The position numbers and the translations under genes were made by a program. From the human T2T-CHM13v2.0 reference genome, Homo sapiens: a DNA stretch of 64,000 bases. The notes under the pieces were generated by a model. The model was not told the origin of the DNA. It did not search any database and saw only the letters and a list, made by a program, of their open reading frames with translations. Below are positions 42,151-54,967 of the stretch, piece by piece; the stretch's first letter is position 1, and the number at the start of each line of letters is the position of its first letter. The stretch lies in NCBI RefSeq assembly GCF_009914755.1, contig NC_060933.1; one strand, given 5' to 3'.

Positions 42151-43959
42151 TAAAGATAATTAGTGTTTTCTGGAATGGACATACACCCACATGCATGCAT
42201 ACACATGAAAAATCATCTTGGTGATCAAGTTATTTAGAATAAAATTCTAATAAACATTCCTATATTGCTTTGTCTTATGTGTGTTCCATGACATTTTACT
42301 ATTTAAAAAAACCTGTAAGTATGAAAGAAATTGGCAAAGCTTGACTATTATAAAGCACAATTTACAAAATGTACATAACTTACAGTACCTTCAAATAATT
42401 CTTAGTTGCTATCATCTTTCCTCATCTTAGGTAAATATTTCTCAGTTCTGGATAAAGTCTTGTCTTTCTTGTAAATGTCACTTAATACATAAAAGGTTCT
42501 TGGACTTGGCCAGATTTAAAATGAAATATGCTACATATAATTTGTAAAGTGCTGGCTGTTTCATATCTACATGCCTAAATCATTTTATTATTCGCTTAAT
42601 AGCAGAGCAAATTAGTCATCCCCTCTGATTCTGGTGCACATTATCCTGAGACATGCCCACCCTAATGTGTTTTCTGATAAAGTAAATGCTCACCCTGTCA
42701 GAGCACAAATCTTATTTGGGCTTCAGGAATGTTAAGGGAGAGAGAGCTAAGTCTGCAGTAGGATTGCTTACTCGAGGAGAACTGAAGATTTGTTACCAGA
42801 CTTCATTAAATATATGGAAGACACCAGCATTCAAGGTTAGAAAATTAGGATGCAAACATCAGACCTCTTTATGAAATGGAATAGGTAGCAAAAACAAGAA
42901 AGATACCTCTGTGCACTTTACACAAATAGGAGAGGTGGGCTTATTTTAAAGTAAATACTTTAGCTAGCTAAATAAAAAATGTGCTTTTTAGTTATTTGCT
43001 TGCTTCAGTAATCTGTGACTATAAGGTAAGTAACACTAATTAAATTTCAGAGAGATATATGATTGTTGGTAATACAGAATGGAGTCCCAACTCCTATTAC
43101 ATATTGCTTTATTTACAAAAAGTCATATTTAAAATTTTTGGAGTATATACTTTGAAGTAAAATTTAACGTCCCCAATGCTTCTATGCAAACCATTTATCT
43201 AAACCATTAAAAAATTCAACTTGGAATAAAATGGTATTGTACATTTCAATGTAATGCTAATAAAACAGTCACATAGAAATTATCTGTTGACATTTTGAAA
43301 AGAGAGTTTCAGTCAAGAAGTTAAATAAATATTATGTAGTTAGCTAAAATCATTTTGTTTTTAATCGTTTTGCTTGTTCCCCAGTCTGCTCTCTGTTATT
43401 GTTTCTGGCCATGAGCAATTTTTTCGTATTTTTGGAGAAATGACACATATCCTATCATCTCAAAAAGCTTTCACTGTCTGCCCCTTTCTCATTTTGTTAA
43501 CATTGCAATTCCTGCCACAGATTTAGGCATTTAAAAAGTATTGTGTTGGTAGCCCGTAATATTCTATTGATTTTGACTTGGAAAAATGACTGAAATGGAG
43601 TAAGATACAGGACAACTGGAGTCTGGAAAGAGGCCATTAACATCGTAGGTGTTGATTCGTGGAGAACCTGAAGAAAGAGAACTAAAATGACTTTTTCAAA
43701 GAAAGTATAATATAAGAAAATTTTTTAATTGGAATCCATTTTATTTTCATAATTTTTTTTCTGAATCATAAAAGCAGGAGGAAAAACAGAAGTTATCTTA
43801 GTGAAAATTTAGTAAGGAATAAAAGAGGTCAAAAACATAAACCATGTGATAAGGACTTGAAAAAGGATGCATTTGGGGTAGTCGTTGAGGTAAAAGTTTA
43901 TAGGCAGAGCTAGATCTATGTAAAATAGCAATATGATCACAGTTGCACCTTTACACCTT

Positions 43960-44225
43960 ACTTACAAGCATGGCAGAAGGCAAAGAACTAGCAGGCACTT
44001 TCTTCACAGAGCAGCAGGATGGAGTGAGTGCAAGCAGGGAAAATGTCAGATGCTCATACAACCATCAGATCTCATGAGAACTCACTCCCTATCAGGAGAA
44101 CAGCATGGGGCAAACCACCCCTGCGTTCCAATTACCTCCACCTGGTCCCACCTTTGGCATGTAGGGATTATGGAGATTATAATTCAAGATGAGATTTTGG
44201 ATTGGCACACAGGCAAACCATATCA
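43960..44225 (-). mobile_element. THE1D 3' LTR, missing its last ~110 nt
   Basis: aaccatcagatctcatgagaactcactc...caagatgagatttt...aaaccatatca, adjacent to the polypurine tract. Confidence 0.9.
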
Positions 44226-45034
44226 TTCCACTACTGACCCTCCCAAACCTAATATCTTCACATTTCAAAATACAATCATCCCTTTCCAAGAGTCCCCTAA
44301 AGTCTTAACTCATCCCAGCATTAACCCAAAAGTCCAAGTCCAAAGTCCCATCTGAGACAAAGCAAGTCCCTTCTACCTATGAGCCTGTAAAATCAAAAGC
44401 AAGTTAGCTACTTCCTAGTTACACGGGGGTTACAGACATGGGTACATACACCTGTTACAAATGAGAGAAATAGGCCAAAACAAAGCGGCTACAGGCCCCA
44501 TGCAAGTCCAGAATCTTATAGCGCCATCATTAAAATTTTAAGTTCCAAAAGATCTCCTTTGACTCCACATCTCACGTCCAGGTCTTGCTGATGGAAGAGG
44601 TAGACTCCCATGGTTTTGGGCAGCTCTGCCCCTGTGGCTTTGCAGGGTACAGACCCCCTCCCACATGCTTTCATGGGCAGGCATTAAGTGTCTGTGGCTT
44701 TTCCAGGAGCATGGTGCAAGCTGTCAGTGGATCTACCATTCTGGGGTCTGGAGAACAATGGCACACTTTTCCCAGCTCCACTAGGCAGTGCCCCAGTGGG
44801 GACTCTGTGTGGGGAATTCAACCCCACATTTCCCTTCTGCACTGCCCTAGCAGAGTTTCTCTGTGAGGCTTCCACCCCTGCAGCAAACGTCTGCCTGGAC
44901 ATCCAGACATTCCTATGCATCCTTTGAAATCTAGGCAGAAGAGGTTCCCAAACCTCAATTCTTGACTTCTGTGTACCCACAAGTTCAACATCACATGGAA
45001 GATGCCAAGGCTTGAGGTGTGCACCCTCTGAAAT
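44226..45034 (-). mobile_element. THE1-int (MaLR internal) 3' part
   Basis: cccaaaagtccaagtccaaagt...gggcagctctgcccctgtggctttgcaggg...gcaccctctgaa; the ORFs at 44585-45024 are MaLR-derived. Confidence 0.92.
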
Positions 45035-46274
45035 AATACATCTTCCTTATATTTATAGCTGGTTTCTTCTACACCTTGTCCACAATGTACAAATGCACAA
45101 TTTCTGCTCTTTAACTGTTTACCATTAGTTCATTACACGTGTGGATAACTAAAGTTTATATAAGGAGGAAGCTGAAGAAGACAATTGAAGATAGTCTTTA
45201 GGAGATTTTTTTTTTTTGGTATAATTCTTCTCCTCCTACCTCTCACAATAATTTAGGTAAAAGAGGTTTCTTCCCCTTTAATGCCAAGCTATGCTAGTGG
45301 GGATTCAAGGTGATAATTTAGAGAACTTTTCAAATGTCTCTAACCTTGAAAGACATAGTCATTGGTATTTAGGACTTCATGATTTAAATAGAAAGGGCTA
45401 CTCCTGTCTGGTGGGCTAAAGACATACTGTAGTGACTTTATCAAGGGAAAGTTCCGCTTACAGCGAATTTATACCACACAAAAGGGATCTGGCTTTAGGT
45501 TATCCTAAAATGAATTTTGCTAAAGATGAATGCCTGAAAGGATAAAGAATCCTCCAAAGACTGGTGGGACGTAAGATCCAGAGCCTAAGAAATAGTCATT
45601 TGTGACCATTCAGAGGAGACACTGGTGTACGTTGAGGGGAATTCAGTAGTAAGTTTTTAGTGAAGGCAAAAAAAAAAAAAAGAAAACACTTGACTAAAGT
45701 AAGTGATGACAATAGTACTAGTGATATCCAGAAGAATCCAATAACAGATTAGAACTGTGCCAACCATGAGGCACTTTACTTCTTAACTCCTAATGCCTTT
45801 CTTCCCTGGGTTTAACCCTGGAAGAGTCAGTGAAGAAGAAGTAAATAAAGTAGCAGAGTGAAAATGATCGTGATGATGCTCGAACAAACAATGCCTTCAA
45901 AAAAATAATTCACTTCATTTAATTCAACTTTAGCAACCCCATCATGTCCCAATATAATTTTAATGGACTTCATGTCTAAATTTATAGTGAAATTTCTCTC
46001 ACCAGGTTTCCTGGAAAGAAGAGATTCCTCTTCCTCTAGCTGAATTTCATTTCTAGTTATTATCCTTGTTATAGTCCCTTTTATAGGTAGCAAGAGAAGA
46101 GGTAAGAATATCAATAGAAGGCAATTTCAGGAGTCTTTGTAGGAGACGACAAATTTGGATTTAGATAAAAATGACAGTTAAAATTATCAGGACTTGCTTA
46201 TGGTTAAATATGTAGATGAGGGAAAAGGACAAATAACAGGTAACTTTGGTAGAATTCTAGGAGTCCCTATATAA

Positions 46275-46495
46275 ATGTTAAGAATGAAGATTCTGGTGCT
46301 AAACTAATGGGTTTTAATCACAACTTTTAACACATACTAGCTATAAGACTGTACAAGTTACTACCTGATGCTTTGCTTTATTCATATGTAGATAAGGAAC
46401 AATTTTAATACCTAACACTTATGGTTCTTATGAAAATTAATGATAATAGTATACATAAAACTTAGAAATTGGGAAATAATGAGAAATTAATAAAC
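46275..46495 (+). mobile_element. MIR
   Basis: tactagctataagactgtacaagttact...ttatgaaaattaatgataat...aaaacttagaa. Confidence 0.6.
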
Positions 46496-46839
46496 TGGAT
46501 AATTTTACCTTGCACATAATCTTTACCATCACCACCCCCACTACCACCAACAGCACCTCCATCATTGTATAAATTATTCTATGGCTTAAATTGTAGATTT
46601 TGCTTGGCCCCAAATGAATTTTCCAGATTCCATGAGGACAAAAATTCTCAATGTAAGCTAAGCAGACATATTAATTAATGTGATGTCATTTTGTAACAGT
46701 CAAGCTGACCGAATGTTTGTCTGTCTTGATTCTCATCAGTTGTACAGTAATCTTAGAAGGAAACTTCTTCTTAGCTTCACAATTCTTTGCCCAGTTATTC
46801 AAGATAATCACATCACAGAAGCTATTAAACATCATCCAC

Positions 46840-47080
46840 TAAGTACATACCACAAATTAGGGATTTACTTGGTGTCAGACATTACACTATGTTATTTACA
46901 AATATCATGTTTAATCCTTAGAATAAGTTTCCCTTCCATTTCAGATATGATTATCTCTATTTTGCAGATAGGAACCTGAGGCTCAGAATGATTAAGTGGT
47001 TTGTGAAAAGTCACACACATTGAAACCAGTAAAGCTAGGATTTAAATATTTTTTTTCTGATTCCAGTGATCATTCTTTAT
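46840..47080 (-). mobile_element. MIR
   Basis: ctattttgcagataggaacctgaggctcagaatgattaagtggtttg...gtcacaca. Confidence 0.8.
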
Positions 47081-47404
47081 CCTGAATTGGTGTGTTTTGT
47101 TGGAACTTGTTTGACACAGTTCATGTGGTTAATTATAAATTATTAAGTGCTTAATCCCTCATGTTGTTATTTTTCATGACCAAGTAATGTGCTTAACAGA
47201 CACGTGTTGTCCATCCAAGGCCATCTCATTTAGCCCTAGGCTGAACTTTCACTCTCACTCAATTATTAATCTTCTTGCATCCCTTAACATCACAAACTTC
47301 TGACACCTACACTATTCCTTACCTTTTATCTATTTTGCACATTATTGAGTAATAAAACAAGATAAAAATTCAATGGTTTTTTGGATTTCAACTTTTTTAA
47401 TTTT

Positions 47405-48040
47405 TAAAATTTTATTTCAATAGATTTTTGGGGAACAGGTGATGTTTGGTTACAGGAATAATTTCAATAGATTTTGGGGAGAAATCTATTTCAATAGATT
47501 GGGGAACAATCTATTATAGATTAGATTGAATAGAACAATCTATTTCAATAGATTTTGGGGAACAGGTGGTGTTTGCTTACAGGAATAAGATCTTTGGTGC
47601 TGGGGAACAATCTGTTTCAGTAGATTGGGGAACAATCTATTATAGATTGTTCAGAAATAGATTGAATAGAACAATCTATTTCAATAGATTTTGAGAAACA
47701 GGTGGTGTTTGGTTACAGGAATAAGATCTTTAGTGGTGATTTCTGATATTTGGTGCATCTATCACCCAAGCAGTGTACACTGTACCCAACGTGTACTCTT
47801 TTATCCCTCACCCCCTCCCACCCTTTTCCCCAAGTCCCCAAAGTTCGTTATATAATTCTTATGCCTTGGCATCCTCATAGCTTAGCTGCCACCTATGAGT
47901 GATAATATATGATGTTTGGTTTTCCATTCCTGAGTTACTTCACTTAGAATAATATCTCTAATTTCATCCAGGTTGCTGCAAATGCCATTACTTCATTCCT
48001 TTTTATGGCTGAGTAGTATTCCATGATGTGTGTGTGTGTG

Positions 48041-48080
<40 letters not shown>

Positions 48081-49442
48081 TGTGTGTGTGTATATGTATA
48101 TGTAAATATGTGTGTATGTATATGTACATGTATATATAATATACACATACGTATGTATATAATATACACATACGTATGTGTATATAATATACACATACGT
48201 ATGTATATATAATATACACATACATATGTATAATATACACATACGTATGTATAATATACACATACGTATGTATAATATACACATATGTGTATGTATAATA
48301 CATATGTGTGTGTATAATACACACATATATATGTGTGTATAATACATATATATGTGTATATAATATACATATGTGTATATAATATACACATATATATGTA
48401 TACACACACACACACACACACCATATTTTCGTTATCTACTTGTTGGTTGATGGGTATTTGGCATGGTTCCATATTTTTGCAACTGCAAATTGTGCTGCTA
48501 TAAACATGCATGTACAAGTATCTTTTTTGTATAATGACTTCTTTTCCTCTGGGTAGATACCCAGAGAGATTGCTGGATCAAATGGTAGATCTCCCTTCAG
48601 TTCTTTAAGGAATCTGCACACTGTTTTCCATAGCGGTTATACTAGTTTACATTTCCAGCAACAGTGTCCAAGTTTCCCTTTTCAACACATCCATGCCAAC
48701 ATCGATTATTTTTTGATTTTTTGATTATGGCTATTCATGCAGTAGTAAGGTGTTGCATTGTGGTTTTGATTTGCATTTCCCTGATAATGAGTAATGTCAA
48801 GCATTTTTTTCATATGTTTGTTGGCCATTTGTATATCTTCTTTTGAGAATTGTCTGTTCCTCTCCTTTGCCCACTATGTGATGGGATTGTTTGTTTTTTT
48901 GCTTTCTGATTTGAGTTCCTTGTAGATTCTGGATATTAGTCCTTTGTCAGATATATAGATTATGAAATTTTTCTCCCACTCTGTGGGTCATCTGTTTACT
49001 CTGCTAACTGTTCCTTTCACCATGCAAAAGCTCTTTAGTTTAATTAAGTCTCACCTACTTATGTTTGTTTTTATTGCATTTCCTTTGGGGTTCTTGGTCA
49101 TGAAATCTTTGCCTAAAGCAATGTGTAGAAGGGTTTTTTTCAACTTTATCTTCTAGATTATTTTATGGTTTCAGGTCTTAGATTTAAGTCTTGATCCATC
49201 TTAAGCTGATTTTTGTGTAAGTTGAGAGATGAAGATCTAGTTTCATTCTCCTACTTGTGGCTTGCCAATTATCCCAGCACCATTGGTTGAATAAGGTTTC
49301 CTATCCCCACTTTATGTTTTTGTTTGCTTTTTTGAAGATCAGTTGGCTGTAAGTATTTGGCTTTATTTCTGGGCTCTCTATTTTGTTCCATTTGGCCTAT
49401 ATTCCTATTTTATAAATGTACCATGCTATCTTGGTGTCTATG
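47405..49442 (-). mobile_element. L1PB (PB1-like) 3' portion with a rearranged terminus
   Basis: ggggaacaggtggtgtttggttac...ttccattcctgagttacttcacttagaat...gccaattatcccagcaccatt. Confidence 0.93.
48027..48421. repeat. Compound (TG)/(TA)/(CA) microsatellite with a ~22-bp minisatellite core
   Basis: Recurrent tataatatacacatacgtatg units between (TG)n and (CA)n ends. Confidence 0.95.
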
Positions 49443-51324
49443 TCACATCAGCTTATTTGTGGTAATAAAACCAATGTTGGTCTTAAAATGTGGTACAAAA
49501 GCATTCAGGCCAAAGTGTACTGTATACATCAACTACTATGTAATACCTGCTTTTCCCAACTGTTTTATCCATGACTTCACGATTATCTTAGAAAATTATG
49601 TTTTGTATACTATGCCACCAGAATCTTGTATATTAAGGGCAAGTTGTTTTATCAACAGACTCAATCCGTGGTCAAGTAATTTGTGCGACTTTTGACTGTC
49701 TTCACTAAGCTGTGTTTTTTAGTCAAAACAACCATCAATGAAGATATCAAAGATTCTATTCAGAACTTACTTTCAAACCAGATTTTTAAAATATAGGAAA
49801 TCTTGAGAACTATGCCAAGGGAAAAGGATACTTTGAAGGAAAGTAACATCTGATGAAAGAGTCTGGAAAAAAAATAATATCCCTCAAGCCTCCCTCTAAT
49901 GTTATGACAAATCTTTTTCACTATATCCACTCACGTAATGGGCTATCAATATGTCAACCTGTGTCCTGCTATGATTCTTTTTGAATAGCATAGTCTCACG
50001 AAGACAGTTTTTCTTCCACCTATTGATATATTTCACCTTGTTTTCTGGGTTTCTGACAAATATTACTCGAGTATAAGGTGGTTGCTTGGTTTAACTTATG
50101 TCTGGTGTTTTGCTATTATTTGTTTTAGTGATAGTTTTAAAAGTCTGCCCTAGTCTAGAACCTGTTTACTCCCGTTCTTTCTTCTTTGTGATTCCTATCA
50201 AATGCAGATTCCTCCTTTGTGATTCCTATCAAATGATCCTATACAATCATTTCTTATAGTTGGGCGTCATTCTAAAGTAAAACTGCCGTGAGGAAGTAGA
50301 ACTGGTAGCACTTTTTTTGATATCTTTGTACATTTTGCTTTAGAAAATTAAAATACATTAGGTAGATTGGTAGAGATTTGAGGTGAAATTTTACTGCTAT
50401 TGTAATGATTTTGTTGATGGAATTCCCAATTCTCTGACCCTACTCTCTGTTTTTTTTTCTTACCATTCCAACTGGAAAAAAAAAAAAAGTGTTACAACAT
50501 AAATACCAGATGTGTTTTCAGTACCAGAGGCAGAGCTATGGTAAAAGGTTGTAAAAGGTTCTGCAGACAATAACACAGAAATTGTTCACTTGAAGGAGGA
50601 TTTTGTCTCTTGTTAGATTCTGCTCTCCTGACTTCTGTGGAGCCAGATTAAAGAAGTTTGCACAGAAATGTCCTTGCTCGTCAATCTTAGGTTCTTTGCT
50701 CCCTTGAGAAGCAGTATTCCAGAGACATTATACGGCTCCAAATAATTGCTACTAATGACCTTGTTTATTTTCCAGTGTTTACAAATCCCTCTGGAATGTA
50801 GATTGTATATCAGCAGAAATGAACAACTCATATTCACACTCCAGGATTATTTCTATATGACAAAGTGTGTGACACGTAACCATTGCTTCACCAATGCCAG
50901 CAATTACCATATTATTATTATTATTACAACATTATGGCCTAGAGATGCATCTAGTGACTACATTCTTGCTTACCAAACATGTTTGTAAGAAAATGGTATA
51001 TCCTGGAATGAAAATGGGTAAGGAAAGGTGTACAGAAAAGAAGTAAACAATGTGAGTGACCCACTCTCTCTTTACTTTTAACTTAATGAAATTTAAGAAG
51101 CTACTGAAGATGATAGGCAATGTCTGGGTGCACTAGTACAGATTATTTTGTACTTCAAAGGCCAGAAAAGATTTGAATTAGGCCAGTCATTCCTTCTTTC
51201 ATGTCAAGAGAATCAAAATCCATGTACAAATCAGTGTTTTGCTCAGTTAAGAATGCCATTATATACTGCAGTGTTTATGGCAATGATATTGTTTTTAGGT
51301 GTGGTTTCAAATTATAAGGTCATG

Positions 51325-51485
51325 AAATAGGGGAACTATAAAGATCCTTGATAATCACCTAGAAAATGTCGGAATTTCACAGATGAAATAACTGAGGCAA
51401 GAGTCATGGTAAGGTTTGTTTAGGGTCACTCAACTGGTCTGTGGCAAAGATAAAAAAGAATTCAGGTAGTCTTATGGCCAGTGTA
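51325..51485 (-). mobile_element. MIR (MIRc/MIR3-like)
   Basis: atttcacagatgaaataactgaggcaagag...agggtcactcaactgg. Confidence 0.65.
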
Positions 51486-52249
51486 GATATGAAATTTTAT
51501 ATCTGCAGACATTACAGAGTTTCAACAAGAAGCAGCTGGAGGCATGAGTGCATTTTATTATATTCTGCCAAAAAAAAATCTGTAGGTAGTTTTATTTCAG
51601 GAGAACGATATTCCACCCAAATTAGGCTTAAGAGCTGTCAATAATAAAATGATTCTATCAGCTATTTAAAGTACAGTTATTACTGTGAAGTACTTGGTAG
51701 TCTAAGGATGTTATTATGTCACACCAAAACATCTGGACACTTCAATCAACCAGATATATTAACTTTTTATAGAGAAAGTCCAAACAGTGTAGCAAATTTA
51801 TAACCTTATATATATACTTTTAACCTCACAGAATTAATGCTATAAATGTCTGAAACAAGCTGTGTTTCGATGTAGAGGGTATTCAGTTAATATGGTATTT
51901 GCTTAGTGCTACTTTGAACCTATTATGCATTTGTTTTGAATTAGTACTTGCAGATGCCAAACATATTTTTCTCATTTTGAAGTTCTTGGCTGGGAGGAAT
52001 AAAAGAAAATGGGGAATAAAGATGTAATATTTATATTTTGTCAGTAAATCATTTAAATTTCTCAGAGGCATAACTTGTTATTGTTCTGGTAATATTGTGG
52101 TTGACTTTAGGATGTGTTTCTAGAGAAATAGCCATACAGTCACCTTTTAAACAATGAAGTGAGGAATCCTTTTTTCCTTTTCTATTTCAATTCCCATCCA
52201 CTCTTTAAAGGGTAACAGTGGCCCCTCTAATAGGCCACCTTTCTTAACT

Positions 52250-52760
52250 TTATTCTTCAATTCACTAAGTAGTTACGTATTATACTTGAACTTCTTATGA
52301 GGCAGTGTGCTGGTTGTTGGATGTAAAACAGTAAGTAGGTTAGATGGCTTTGGCTTCATAAATCTTAGCATTAGACATGTAATACAGAGAGATAATTTCA
52401 CATTGTGTGATAAGAACCACAAAAGAGGAACACATATGGGGTACTGATGAATGAGAGGAGAGGCATCTAACAGCTTCGAGTGTGTTGGATAAAGTCATGG
52501 CAAAAAAAGACTCAAGAAAAAACAAATGGCAGCGGGGGCTGAAAATGACTTTGAAAACCCAAACTTAATGTTGAGAAGCCAAATGAAGCTAAAGATATTA
52601 TTATTAGAATAGTAAGGAAATATACTGGAGAAAAGAGCAGAAGTTAGAGAGTCAGTACAGTAGGAGTGGCTGAAAGTTAGAAAATTATCCTAAGGACACT
52701 GGGAGAGCAGCTGACAGGCTTTAGGCAGTAGAATGGCTTTCTCATCCTACAGTAGAGGGA
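52250..52760 (-). mobile_element. L2 fragment
   Basis: atgaggcagtgtgctggttgttggatgtaaaacag...tgtgataag...gaggagaggcatctaac. Confidence 0.6.
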
Positions 52761-53466
52761 ACAATCACACTAATCCATTTTTTCAGCATCATATTCTTTC
52801 TTACATTGTAAGAATATTTTTCAAGTATTTATGTCAATTATCCCAGAATATTTAGAGTTCCATAGACGAAAACTATGCCTCGTATTTCTTTTTACTCCAA
52901 AACACCTTGAATAGACAAAAATAAAAAACAATTCTGGTAGTCTTATAGCCACTGTAGATATAAAAGTTTTATATCTGCCAACCTTAAATGCGAAGTCACT
53001 TTATATCTGAAGTGACTAATCAGTGAAACCATATAGTTATGGAGATTATTTTCCAAAAATGACTAACGAATGGAGAAACCTTAACAAGACTTACCAGATT
53101 ATAGAAAATTTAGCTTTCAACATGGAAAAGGGCCAAAGTGAAAATGATACGGGGAGAATAATTATTCCTGTGTATTAAAGAAAATATAAGAATAGGGAGC
53201 CGTTTTATTATTCATAAAAACTTAATGCCAAATGTGAAAAAAAAAACCTATTTTTTTTTCATTCCTGGAATGTTTTTTGATTGTTAAAAAGCATCAAGAA
53301 GTATGAAAATAATATGTAAAAAGAGAAAACTTTTAAAAATATTTTAGAGCATTTACTACATGCCAGAACCATATTAAAAATGAGTATACAAGATGCTTAC
53401 CTGTATCAGCAGCTATAGAGAAGGCATAAATATAAAATAACTCTTACACTGTCACTTGCAGAGATA

Positions 53467-53469
<3 letters not shown>

Positions 53470-53501
<32 letters not shown>
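53470..53501. repeat. (AC)16 microsatellite
   Basis: Pure AC run. Confidence 0.97.
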
Positions 53502-53504
<3 letters not shown>

Positions 53505-54033
53505 CACACTATAGACTTGGTCCTTTGGGGAGAACCTCCGATTTTTTATTTTCCAATCTCTAGTCAGGTGATCAAGTGATGAAATGGCATGATCTGAACC
53601 ACAAAATTTTGTAAGTTTAATGTAATCATATCAGATGAGTATAAATATTGTATAAGTTATTGGAAGAAAAGTTGAATACATAAATCATATGTTTTATATC
53701 TATGATACTGCATATTCACATTTCTTCACAGCACTGTTTTCCTTGAATTGGTTAAAAATTATGTGGTCTGATATTCTAAATATTTCTTTGCTATTATAAC
53801 AAAGCACATTCCATTTCCATTTTGAACACTTAATTTTGTGAGCAGTATTTCTTAGGACGTATCTCTATTATTGATATAGTTGGTAATGAACCATGTTTTC
53901 TTGTAGCAATTAGTAATTTTAATCCATTTCCATTTGTAGTTGAAAAAAATTGAAAAAATACCCAACACCATTCCATTAAAATGCATTTTCAATAGAATTT
54001 TACGTTTGTTTCACAAGTATAAAACTAAACATA

Positions 54034-54352
<319 letters not shown>

Positions 54353-54967
54353 TCATTTTGATCAACTGTGCACTACTAATAGCAATAATAATTCACATCA
54401 GAGGATTTTTTTAACAAAAAATTTTAGAACAGGAAACAAAGAAAAATTTATCCTAAATTGATATACATATTTTAGGGGCAGGTAAGCATTATAGTGTAAG
54501 AAAAATTTAAAACATAACAGTATCTTACATCAAGATAATATTCTATAGAGTAAGTTCAATAAGTGAATTCAAAGAGCCCATTGTTCAAAAAGAACAATGT
54601 ATAATTTCAATTATTAAGAGGTAGGTATCCAGGTCTGTATTATTTGCTATGTAATACCTTTAATTCTTTTAGAAAAGGAATTTTTAAAATTGTAAATATT
54701 TAAAACTCATCAGACATTATATTCTTCACACAATTTAAATTGGTGATAAAAATTATAAAAGCCACCTTAAAAATGTGTGAAGGGCACATGGTTATTTTGA
54801 AAATTCTCTTTGCGTTTAACCACACAAAAAGTATGACGACCACTCTTTTGCCTACCATTTTCTTTAGTTTTACTGAGTCTGTGAGAATCAAATTATAATG
54901 CTGAGATAGGTGTGAAATATGTAGAAAAGCAGGCAGAAGTTCATACCGAAACAGAAACTCAGGAGGC

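Noticed and set aside
42648-42658. p53 half-site agacatgccc
   Set aside because: There is no adjacent second half-site.
43933-45024. Cluster of overlapping ORFs
   Set aside because: THE1D LTR and internal sequence; decayed MaLR frames.
47413-47731. CRISPR-like array of palindromic repeats
   Set aside because: Eukaryotic L1-derived sequence. The spacers are copies of the repeat, the spacing is irregular, and there are no cas genes.
47944-48517. The longest ORFs (138-174 aa, rich in Y/I/H/T/C/V)
   Set aside because: They are translations of the TA/CA/TG repeat plus L1 flank.
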